From: Octopus bimaculoides
Taxonomy: Eukaryota
NCBI RefSeq assembly: GCF_001194135.2
Contig: NC_068992.1
Coordinates: 35,417,819 to 35,454,240, forward strand
Length of the DNA stretch: 36,422 nucleotides
Reading direction: 5' to 3'
The translations under genes and the position numbers were made by a program. Below, piece by piece: positions 24,608 through 35,396 of this stretch. Numbering within the stretch: position 1 is the first letter of the stretch; every line of letters begins with the position of its first letter. The notes under the pieces were generated by a model. It was not told the origin of the DNA. It did not search any database and saw nothing but the letters and a program-made list of their open reading frames with translations.

Positions 24608-25770
24608 TCATTCAGAGGAGGTGGGTTGCGTTGAGTCGGAAAGGAGTTTGTGTATGTAGAGTAAAAATGTAACGCTGTTCCAGGAGAAGTCTAGAGTTGG
24701 TGGATCCATTGTGTAGAGCAAGGCCAAAGACGGTGATATTTGAGGTGGAGTGAGTGGCCAAGCGAAAATGACGGGCGACGCTGGTGTTCGGAAGTAGACA
24801 AACACTTCGTAGATGTTCAAAGAACCGGTCGGTTAGCTAGCGGTCCGTCTGACCAACGTAAAGTTTGTTGCAGAGATTACACCTCCTGCAGTAAATAATG
24901 CTGGAAAAAGTTCAGGAGAAGGATTTCCTAATGTAGAAGGTTTGCTGGTTGGATCCGGTGAGGGAATTGGTATTAGTTATGGAAGAACAGCTCTGGCAAC
25001 TGGATCTGCAACAAGGAAAGAGAGAGTGCTATGGACTAGTAGATCGTTTAGGGCGCGTTTGAAGAAAGGTAAGGGTGGGTTGGGGAAAATAGGGAGGGTG
25101 CTGGAATCTAGCTGGAGGTGACGGAAGGTCCGCAGGAATGCGGGTAAGGGCAGTTAGGTGGATGAGTATCCGTGACGCATGAACAAGCGGTCGAGGTACT
25201 CGAAATCCTGGTCCCAGCTGCATAGGCGTCAGAGGTGGAGGAACTGGGAGTAGGGGATGGCCAGTTTGTTGTGGCAAGAGTGGGAGGAGGAAAAATTGAG
25301 GTAGATTTGGGAGTCCGTGGGTTTGAAGAAGTTGGAGTTGGTGAGAGGGTTGGAGGAGGAATCAATGGAGAGAGAGATATCCAAGAAGTTTTGGAGGTAG
25401 TATCGCTCTGGAATCGGTGCGGATATTGTGAGAATATTTGGGCCTCAACGCAAGCAACAGATAATTTGGCGAAATTGGGGCCTATTATCTTTCCTATAGC
25501 GACGCCAGGGAAATGTTTGTAAATCACTCCCGCGAACGTAAATCAGTTGCGGGTGAGGACGAGTTCTGCTAGGCGAAGAAGGGTTGATGTGCTGGGGTGG
25601 GCTCAGAGCGACAGTCAAGAAAGTATTATAGGGTTAAGAAACCGTCGTTGTGAGAGTTCACCGTATACGAGGATTTTCTGTCCCAGGTGAAAAGGGGGCA
25701 TGAAGGGCCGGGACGGAAGGAGAGGGAATTGAACAGGCGAAGGAATGGTTTGTGTCACGTATGTGGAATG
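24608..25770 (-). mobile_element. Penelope-like element, RT plus GIY-YIG endonuclease relic, 5'-truncated
   Basis: Across frameshifts: LPSHIRDTNH..YFLDCRSEP..STLLRLAELVLT.N.FTFAG..GVAIGKIIGPNFA (RT), FLDISLSI, then SIIYCRRCNLCNKLYVGQTDR*LTDRFFEHLRSV..VARHF (GIY-YIG with the PLE-typical CxxC between its two strands). Ends at a (TA)n tract. Confidence 0.9.
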
Positions 25771-25857
25771 GGAGGCAGTTTTATATATATGTATATATAC
25801 ATATATAATGTGTATATATATGTATATATACATTTATGTGTATATATATGCATATAT

Positions 25858-25913
<56 letters not shown>

Positions 25914-26224
25914 NNNNNNNNNNNNNNNNNNNNNNNNNNNNNNNNNNNNNNNNNNNNNNNNNNNNNNNNNNNNNNNNNNNNNNNNNNNNNNNNNNNNNNN
26001 NATATGTATATATCGACTTTAAATGGAGCTCAAAACTTATCCATTGAAAATACTTTATTATAATATTAATAATAATGAAAAAGACCTATGAAAATTTCGA
26101 TGCAATATCCAGAATGATTCATACATATAAGATATTATAAAATACTATATTCTTTTGCCAAAATTTTTGGTATATAAAAAAATATATATAAACATATATA
26201 TGTATATATATATATATGTGTGTG

Positions 26225-26420
26225 TGTGTCTCTGTGTTTGTACCCCCACCATCACTTTCAACTGATGTTGCTGTGTTTACGTCCCCGTAACTAAGCCGTT
26301 TGGCAAAACTAACTGATGAAAGAAGTACTAGGCTTAAAAAGACTAAATCCTGCGGTCGATTTCTTCGACGAAAGGTGGTGCTGCAGCATGGCCTCAGTCA
26401 TATGACGGAAACAAGTGCAA
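26225..26420 (+). mobile_element. 3' half of an octopus-type SINE, family C
   Basis: GTGTTTGTACCCCCACC..GTGTTTACGTCCCCGTAACT..GTACTAGGCTT..GGTCGATTT..GGTGCTGCAGCATGGCC.CAGTCA..GAAACAAGT after a TA/TG microsatellite. The family link to 29558-29678 is recalled, not demonstrable inside the window. Confidence 0.8.
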
Positions 26421-26555
26421 CAATAAAAAATCTATGCCATTTTAATCCCGAGCAACGCCGGGTATCTCTGGTATCACACACATACACACACACATGTATG
26501 GCAAATGAAAGACTGAAGATGGAATATACCAGGTGTAACCCTTTCGTTTTATTAT

Positions 26556-26592
<37 letters not shown>

Positions 26593-26598
<6 letters not shown>

Positions 26599-27282
26599 CC
26601 TTCAAACACTGAGATTTGAAGTTAGATGTCACTACTGTTCATATCATCTATGGATAAATTCAAAGTTTGATGATATCACCAGTAGTGGCATGGGTGGAAC
26701 GCAATTATAATAGCTTTAAGCAGCTATGAACTATAAATTTGCACGAAGTGTAATGATGCTTAATAAGCATCTACCTGCTAGAAATAAGAGCTAAGTCTTA
26801 AAATAATCCACCGTAGCGCACCAATATAACAGAGAAAAACAGTATGCCAGGAAAACAGAGAATTAAAATATTTAACAGCACAAATAAAAATATTATGCAA
26901 TTAGGGATATCCACAAACCAGGTTTCGGCTTTTGGGTATTTAACCCTAAGCCTCGTCAGTGTGGACCACCAGTTTAAATCCGTGACTGTTCATGTTAATC
27001 TCTGACTGTGCAACTGGTTTTGTTTTGCGCCAAAAACAGAGCACTTGGTGCATAAAAATGTATAAATGAAACATTCAAACACTGTGATTTGAAGTTAGAT
27101 GTCACTACTGTTCATATCATCTGTGGATAAATTCAAAGTTTGATATCACCAGTAGTGGCATGGGTGGAACGCAGTTATAATGGCTTTAAAGAGCTATGAA
27201 GCGTAATGCACGAAGCGTAATGATGCTTAATGAGCATCTACCTGCTAGAAATAAGAGCTAAGTCTTAAAATAATCCACCGTA
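26593..27282 (-). mobile_element. Retrozyme-like element: ~220-bp direct repeats (26593-26815, 27066-27282) around a 250-bp spacer holding a hammerhead motif
   Basis: The repeats differ by about 12 substitutions and two 3-bp indels; period 473 bp. (TA)n lies directly on both outer sides. The repeat structure is seen directly; the retrozyme call is inference. Confidence 0.7.
26910..26965 (-). ncRNA. Minimal type I hammerhead ribozyme motif
   Basis: Minus strand reads TCCACA-CTGACGA-GGCTT A GGGT TAAAT ACCC AA AAGCC-GAAA-CCTGG-TT-TGTGGA. It has both conserved core boxes, a perfect 6-bp stem I, an extended stem II, a near-palindromic stem III (ACC-T-GGT) and a GUU triplet. Predicted cut between 26916 and 26915. 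Confidence 0.85.
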
Positions 27283-27424
27283 TATATATATACAAACATA
27301 TATATTGCATAATATATCAACAATATTAATAATGATTACTATGAAGTTGCATAGCACTACCTTTATTTCTTTAATTTATATACAACTTTACACTGACCCT
27401 TGGCATTTACAAATATATATATGC

Positions 27425-27471
<47 letters not shown>

Positions 27472-27782
27472 TGCGTATGTGTATGTGTGTGTGTATGGAT
27501 TGATAGATTTCCAAATCCTTTAATAATAATCATAATTAAGAATGCTTATCCTTCTATTTTGAATGATCTATCAAACTATCTTCAATGAGTTTCACTTTAA
27601 ATAGATAATTCCAAGTATGCTGAAGACGTTTCGAGTATATTTATAATGTTTTGAAATGAATATAACATCCTCATATATTGAAAGATTTTATTGCATAACT
27701 TGATGGTTCCATACAAAGAATATTTTTCTTTAATACACTATTTTATGGTCTGTTTCACACTTTCTTCACTTTCTTTTTCTGC

Positions 27783-27855
<73 letters not shown>

Positions 27856-28355
27856 GCTTTCTCTGTCAGTGGATTCACACTGGGAAAATACTTAATGGAC
27901 TCCTTTGATTATATGAACGGCAGTACTTGATAGGTACTTATTTGACCCAATTTTGAAGTGTACCAATACCTTCGGGGAAATATGAAATTAGATAGTAAAG
28001 TATATGCTAATACTATAAACTGTGCAGCTTTCTGAAGCCCATAGTAATCGCTTTATATATTTCACACACAATTTACAAATTTTTTCAACATGAAAATAAC
28101 ATACAAACGAAGACTGATTGAAAATAGAAAAAGAAAAACTCTGCTGTGCGTGACTGTGGCTTTGAACTGTTTGATCACCGTTTCTGAACTCCTGGTTTGG
28201 CCCCATCTGACAATCAGCTATTCCCTAACAAACATCCGAACGGATACTTAATAGAACTTTCCATAACTATCTAAACAAATCAATGGTTTTGTGCAAGCAT
28301 GCGGTTTCAGGCCCAAAGACCAAATTTTCAGATGCTCATTTTTCTTTTAGACACT

Positions 28356-28452
28356 AAAGACAAAGTTGACCTCGGCGGAAATTGAACTCAAAACGTAAAG
28401 ACAGACGAAATACCAGTAAGTACTTCGTGCTAACATTTCTGCCAGCTCGCCC
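28356..28452 (-). mobile_element. SINE family A, 5' fragment
   Basis: Reverse complement GGCGAGCTGGCAGAAATGTTAGCAC..GGTATTTCGTCTGTCTTTACGTTTTGAGTTCAATTTCCGCCGAGGTCAACTTTG matches the heads at 7170 and 12334. Confidence 0.88.
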
Positions 28453-28499
28453 TGACTATAAAATATTGATTCTACTTATGCATTATAAGTAACGTATAA

Positions 28500-28850
28500 T
28501 ATTTCGTGAAAAACCTATTCTTCCAATTTGGCAGACGAAATGAGAAGAACTTTAAAATTTTTGTCGGCGCCTTGTGTGAGAGGCTGGGTAAAGGCACAAT
28601 AAAACCGTTCATCCATTCTCCAGAAGTGTCCTGTTGGTGTCTCACGTTTCCAATCCTGCACAACGCAGCATGGCCCGGCAGCATGTCGGTTTTCTATGTC
28701 ATCCATGGCTGAACTGTATAATGCAAAATTGTCATACAAAAAAGCAAACTGCTGTTGTGACACACAGCCATTTGAGTTTGACTGCATGATCACTATCGAA
28801 AGCTACGCTCGCCACCTGCCTTTAGTCATCCCTTGTATTCCCTCCGTCGT
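28500..28850 (-). mobile_element. Possible heavily decayed RTE-like LINE RT N-terminal fragment
   Basis: Frameshifted pieces AMDDIENRHAAGP, GEWMNGFIVPLP and NFKVLLISSAKL loosely follow the KAAGPD..W..G.I.PLPKKGD..NYRGI.L.S..AK order. Weak. Confidence 0.4.
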
Positions 28851-28869
28851 TTAGTCGGACGAGTAAATA

Positions 28870-29430
28870 CAGGGTGTCCCAGAATTAATGATGATTTGAG
28901 TGAAATCGGATGCATTCTTGTAAAACTCAATTTTATTTATTTTTATCATGTTTAATATGAGTTAAAAGTGTATAAATTTTGAATTTTGTTTATAAGAACA
29001 GAAATAAATTTATTTCTCAATAAAAAAACTTTGTTTACTTTCATCGTAAAGTTGAATATTTGTTTATAATTTTACTTTCATTCCTGTTGGACCCCTCTTA
29101 TTTGTCCATGAAAGCTTTTTTTTTTCTTTCAATTTGGAAGCAGTCATTTTCTTAACCTCCATTCCCAAGATGGAGTAATCGTTTAGCTGAGTTTAAAGAA
29201 CACATTCAGTTAGCAGTGCAGGAGCTAATTCCAGAAATGCTTCAAAATGTGTTTCACAACGCTAAGGAGAGACTTGAAGTATGGAGGGATACAAACATGT
29301 TGAAAATTTTCAATAAAAGTTTGAAGAAAGATGTATAAATATATTTGCTTTGGTAATAAACATAAAATTCTGTCAGTATTTTTTAAAATTTGCTCAATTT
29401 CATTGAAACAGATAGTTAATTATGGTGTAG
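28870..29430 (+). mobile_element. Non-autonomous Tc1/mariner deletion derivative
   Basis: Left end TA|CAGGGTGTCCCAGAATT; transposase C-terminal relic LAEFKEHIQLAVQELIPEMLQNVFHNAKERLEV..(fs)KHVENFQ* at ~29180-29315; only a degenerate, terminally incomplete right TIR near 29395-29430. Confidence 0.7.
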
Positions 29431-29557
29431 CGTTGTTAGTTTTTGCGTTGGTCGAGTAGATATTAAAACCAATGGTCTTCTCGCAGTAAACATCCCTTCT
29501 TTTTGTAAAGCATATTGTATCAAGGAGTATATTATCCAAAATGTATTTCTCCTTTAT

Positions 29558-29678
29558 AGGCGTGGCTATGTGGTTGAGAAGCTTGCTATCCAATCATGTC
29601 GCCTTGGGTTCAATCCAACTATGCGGCACGTTGGGCAATTCTCTTTCATTACACCTCCGTGCCGACCAAAGCCTTGTG
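29558..29678 (+). mobile_element. tRNA-derived SINE 5' head, family C type, truncated
   Basis: GGCGTGGCTATGTGGTTGAGAAGCTTGC (A-box region), GGGTTCAATCC (B box), GGCACGTTGGGCAA..GCCGACCAAAGCCTTGTG. Confidence 0.8.
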
Positions 29679-29837
29679 TATTATATAATTGCCATTACTG
29701 TATTAATATTCAAATAACACATACAACTCACTTATTATTGTCATAATAAACAAACAGTTCTTGTATGAATTGATCTTTTTCCTACTTCAATTATTAGGGG
29801 TCTTTTTTAATAATAAAATACACACATACAGGAGGTG

Positions 29838-29880
<43 letters not shown>

Positions 29881-30845
29881 ATTTTTTCCCAGATGTGATG
29901 AAGTACAGCATGATGTCTCATGTATGTTTATGTATGTGCAATTATGCATATATGGATGAGTGCATAAAAGAGTGTGTGTGTGTGTGTGTATATATATGTA
30001 TGTATATGTATGTGTATGTATATATATATATGTATATATATGTGTGTATGTATGTGTATGTATATGTNNNNNNNNNNNNNNNNNNNNNNNNNNNNNNNNN
30101 NNNNNNNNNNNNNNNNNNNNNNNNNNNNNNNNNNNNNNNNNNNNNNNNNNNNNNNNNNNNNNNNNNNNNNNNNNNNNNNNNNNNNNNNNNNNNNNNNNNN
30201 NNNNNNNNNNNNNNNNNNNNNNNNNNNNNNNNNNNNNNNNNNNNNNNNNNNNNNNNNNNNNNNNNNNNNNNNNNNNNNNNNNNNNNNNNNNNNNNNNNNN
30301 NNNNNNNNNNNNNNNNNNNNNNNNNNNNNNNNNNNNNNNNNNNNNNNNNNNNNNNNNNNNNNNNNNNNNNNNNNNNNNNNNNNNNNNNNNNNNNNNNNNN
30401 NNNNNNNNNNNNNNNNNNNNNNNNNNNNNNNNNNNNNNNNNNNNNNNNNNNNNNNNNNNNNNNNNNNNNNNNNNNNNNNNNNNNNNNNNNNNNNNNNNNN
30501 NNNNNNNNNNNNNNNNNNNNNNNNNNNNNNNNNNNNNNNNNNNNNNNNNNNNNNNNNNNNNNNNNNNNNNNNNNNNNNNNNNNNNNNNNNNNNNNNNNNN
30601 NNNNNNNNNNNNNNNNNNNNNNNNNNNNNNNNNNNNNNNNNNNNNNNNNNNNNNNNNNNNNNNNNNNNNNNNNNNNNNNNNNNNNNNNNNNNNNNNNNNN
30701 NNNNNNNNNNNNNNNNNNNNNNNNNNNNNNNNNNNNNNNNNNNNNNNNNNNNNNNNNNNNNNNNNNNNNNNNNNNNNNNNNNNNNNNNNNNNNNNNNNNN
30801 NNNNNNNNNNNNNNNNNNNNNNNNNNNNNNNNNNNNNNNNNNNNN

Positions 30846-30876
<31 letters not shown>

Positions 30877-30878
30877 CT

Positions 30879-30910
30879 ACTAGCAGCTAAACCCGGTTTC
30901 ACCCGGTCTG
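30879..30910 (-). mobile_element. Helitron-like 3' terminus
   Basis: Minus strand reads ..ACCGGGTGAAACCGGGTTTAGCTGCTAG|T: an imperfect GC-rich hairpin about 8 nt before a terminal CTAG, followed by T. Confidence 0.5.
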
Positions 30911-33368
30911 TTTGGATGATGTGGCTGTGATCGTTTTCGGTTAGGCATAATCTATAACAACGTTTCTCAACCGTATCATTTCGGGTCCCCTGTTTCGATT
31001 GGAGCCTCTAGCTATATGAAGATTTCCCCACCCTGTCAGAAAATGACTTCATGAGTTGTGAAGAAAGAATTTCTAGGAAGTCTGTTTAGGGGAACTATTC
31101 TATTGGACCTCTGTCTAGTCATGTCTTTTAAGGTACACACACATAAATAGAAAATGTGAGGTCATGGTGGAAACTTTTTACGATAGTTGATTTATGGAAA
31201 AGATTATGTTAAATGTTTGAAATGAAAATTAAGTTCAGACCTCTACATAGTAGCTAGACCTGGTAGAAATAACAGCCAAATCTCCCTCAAAACACCCTAC
31301 TGTATTAATGCGACAATTCTCCGTATTATGTAGTCTGAATGAGAAACTGTAAGGTGTGTAAGCAATTGGTTGTGTTAATGGCAGAAGAAAGGGGATTTGC
31401 ATTAGAAAAAGTTTTAATCGCTGTTCTCGGTAAGTATGCTGGCTAGGAAAAGTACAAGAACTATTAAGTAGTTGACGTTAAGAATTGCTTAAGCAGAAAA
31501 TGAAGCTCTAAGAATTAATGGGGAAATTGTATGTAAGAATTAATAGCAGACGTATCCAATTTAAGAAAGTGAACATAAAAAGCTAAGTGGAGAAGTATGG
31601 AATAAGTAATTGTTACACACTTATAGAAAAAGAATTTATATTATAGAATAGATGCATGCCTGTTGAAGACGAAAATGTATGTGAGAGCTATTGTATTGGA
31701 CGTGTGTATAATCACAGAGAAAGTTAATGAAACATGAAATGGATGTGTGTGTGTTTTTTGCGGCTAATTTGGCGGGAGTTTTGCAGTCAGCAGGAGGTGG
31801 TTTGTGTTTTATCTCTCGATCAATGGCCGGACAAGTGAAAATATTTTTTAATATGTGTTTTGGGGAAAGGGGATCTTTTGAAGTGGATGTCAAATGAAAA
31901 GAGACATGGACAGTTTTATGACTGAACTTCTTTTGAAGTTGGCGTGAGATGGAAGAATTGATGTGTATGGGTATGTGTGTGTGTGTGTGTATGTTTGATG
32001 GTGTGTGCGAGACAGAGAGAGTAATGTTGATGGTATGTGTGTATATGANNNNNNNNNNNNNNNNNNNNNNNNNNNNNNNNNNNNNNNNNNNNNNNNNNNN
32101 NNNNNNNNNNNNNNNNNNNNNNNNNNNNNNNNNNNNNNNNNNNNNNNNNNNNNNNNNNNNNNNNNNNNNNNNNNNNNNNNNNNNNNNNNNNNNNNNNNNN
32201 NNNNNNNNNNNNNNNNNNNNNNNNNNNNNNNNNNNNNNNNNNNNNNNNNNNNNNNNNNNNNNNNNNNNNNNNNNNNNNNNNNNNNNNNNNNNNNNNNNNN
32301 NNNNNNNNNNNNNNNNNNNNNNNNNNNNNNNNNNNNNNNNNNNNNNNNNNNNNNNNNNNNNNNNNNNNNNNNNNNNNNNNNNNNNNNNNNNNNNNNNNNN
32401 NNNNNNNNNNNNNNNNNNNNNNNNNNNNNNNNNNNNNNNNNNNNNNNNNNNNNNNNNNNNNNNNNNNNNNNNNNNNNNNNNNNNNNNNNNNNNNNNNNNN
32501 NNNNNNNNNNNNNNNNNATATATATATATATATATATATAATACCATTTTGAGTGTGACTCCCGAGAAAAAGTAAAAGTAATTACCCGATCAACGACGGG
32601 TATTACTGGTACGCGCCTATATAATCAGCTTTCAATATTTACGAATATTTACGATAAACTGTGAATCATCCAATGGACGATGCAAAACGTGCAAAAATTT
32701 ACACATCATCGTAATCAGAAATGTCTTCCACCATTGACTTCTGAAATAGGCATGAAATAGTTTTATAGCTGAATATCATATCCGAATGCCATACATTGAA
32801 TAACTAATTAGCAAATTTAAAACCATTTGGTAACATAGAACATACACACGTACATATATTTTTGTGTGTGTGCGCGCGTGTGAAGGATATATATAGATGC
32901 ATACATACATACATACATATATATTTATATTAAAAGGTTTTTAACTTTTAAATTTTCATATTCAAAAGAGACAGAGACTTCAAACTCGATATATCGATTT
33001 ATTCACCACTCTATGTTAACATTTCTGTGCCAAACTTATCCAGTGACTGGTCCATTGGATTTAGACATTTGGCACTTCTTCAGGAGTGGTTACCAACCGA
33101 ACAAAACACGAAATAACACATACATAACGATCATTAAATCCTTAGAATCTCGTTAAATTTCATCTTTGTTATTATAGGGGAGATAACTCCTTAATTTTCT
33201 ATTTTTATTGCTCTCCTGTGAATTTCCACTAGATTAATTAATTAGTTTGTTTATTTCTCTTTACTATACTATATTACCCGTTCCTTTACCCGTATACTTA
33301 TCCATATATACATAAACACACACATATACGATGAGTAAGACAGTTGGCGCCATCCCCCACCACTTACT

Positions 33369-33407
<39 letters not shown>

Positions 33408-34149
33408 CACCAAACTCTCTCTTTCTCTCTCTGGGTTTCCACGCCAGGTACCAAGTCGTGTACATGTGTGCAACGAACATGGTCGACGATGAGGCTGCCC
33501 CGCAGTAGCTGATTACTTGCTGGTGTGGGTGCCGTTCTGTATTACAGTGAGGTTTGTTCCAATACCTTATGGAGGTAAGTTGTAATAATCTCCCACGTAT
33601 ATCATAGATACTAATAATTTCTACAAGTCTGACCAAGGTTATGAGTTTTTTTCAGGATTTGAGGATGCAAGTGATGGTCTATAATATTGCGTTTTATTGA
33701 TCTTTAAGAATACGAATGATTTCGATTGCTCTGAGCGCTAGTAAAATAAAGCAAAACAACTTCGACAGAGTTACACTAACATAGCATCAGTGTCCATACT
33801 CTTATAGTAGCGAGAGTAAGAGTAATGTTTCGTTGTAGAGGATATAATGTTGTAGGTTTTGTTGGTTATTTTCAAATTCAAATGTGATGGAAGGAATTAA
33901 GAAACAAGATGGGATTTCATCATATTATGCAGATCTCCAAATGTTTTAACATTCCACTTACATTCCATCACTGTTACACTTCTCCGTAACATAGCGTAAA
34001 ATCTGTAGGCATTTTAAGGCATAAGGTACAAGCCGTAAATCAAAAATGAGCTTTATTTCATGTAATTAATGTCTGGTAGAGTATTTTGAACTCACAGCAT
34101 ACTTCTTAAACAGAATAACGAATTATTAGTGCTAAGCAGTGTTTAGGTA

Positions 34150-34587
34150 TGAGCAGAATTGAGTAAGTTGGAAAATGTTTGTCATATATTTCAACTGCTA
34201 AAATACATGGCAGTTACCGTGGAAAAAAGTCTCTCTTGTGGTAAAAAGATGTAAAATTACCCAGTCCGTTCAGTGACACCATCTATTAGGAATCTCAGAC
34301 ACCGATGTTTCAAGCTCCTTGTCTATCTTCGATGAGGTGTACCTAAGACAGGCAATTCTAAACGGACTTACAAAGCTACAGCTTTAAGTAAATCTCATCG
34401 AAAATAGACAAGAAGCATGAAACATCGATGTCTGAGATTCCTAATAGATGGCGACACTGATGGACCAGGTGATTTTACACCATTTTACCATAAGAGAGAT
34501 ATTTTTCTCCACAGTAACTGCAATGTATTTGCCTCTTAGCAGTTCAAATATGTGAGAAACATATTTCAACTTTCTTAATTCTGTTCT
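34150..34587. mobile_element. 438-bp foldback element (MITE) with ~190-bp inverted arms
   Basis: 34150-34336 aligns to the reverse complement of 34394-34587 at roughly 85% by manual count, including an exact CCATCTATTAGGAATCTCAGACA block. Spacer is 57 bp or less; TA flanks both ends (34148-34149, 34588-34589). Confidence 0.9.
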
Positions 34588-35133
34588 TAAATAGAATTAT
34601 TCTCAAACCAGGCATGGGGTTGAAAACATTCATTTATATTCTAAATGCCATTTTACGCGGCATTTCCACTGCATCTGTAAATTAAATACCAGTCATATGC
34701 TGCTTTTAATCAATCAATTTTGTAAAATGCCCCATAAAACATAATCTTGTACAATGTCAATAGAAAATACAAGAATTTCTTTTTCTATACACGAGTTTTA
34801 AGACATTAATGCAATTCTATGACGATTCAAAGAACATATTATATAAATATATGATTTAACAGCTTCACAGAGTTGAGTACTATCTGATTATTTGTTCGAG
34901 TTAGAAAAAAATAGATAGTAATAAAACATAAAAATAAAACGAATTAAAATCAACTTTTTAAAAAAAGAAACAGACGAAGTATGGAAAACTATTTTCATAT
35001 CACTGTCAACAACGAAAAAGGAAAGAAAAATCTTGGAATTAGCTTATATTGTTTGATAGCTGCTACACCCTACAATCTCACTTCCTTTTAGCTTTTAAAT
35101 CATGTCAGAATCATGTCAATTACGACATATCTG

Positions 35134-35165
<32 letters not shown>

Positions 35166-35318
35166 ACACATACACATGCAGTCATGCAGGAACATACACA
35201 TATTTGTGTTTTTATATGCACAAGTACGCACACACACATACGCACAACCAGTCTTATATAAATATTCATAAACACATACATATGTACATATATTTATATA
35301 TAATAAATACATATGCAT

Positions 35319-35396
<78 letters not shown>

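Noticed and set aside
22980-27282. Direct repeats read as LTR retrotransposon LTRs or as a CRISPR array
   Set aside because: No TG..CA ends, primer-binding site or polypurine tract; only two copies each; eukaryotic context with no cas genes.
31369-31434. ATG-initiated MAEERGFALEKVLIAVL ending at G|GTAAGT
   Set aside because: Too short, with no promoter or downstream exon evidence.
512-32575. Long ORFs containing X runs and YI, CV or HT repeats
   Set aside because: They read through N gaps and dinucleotide microsatellites.
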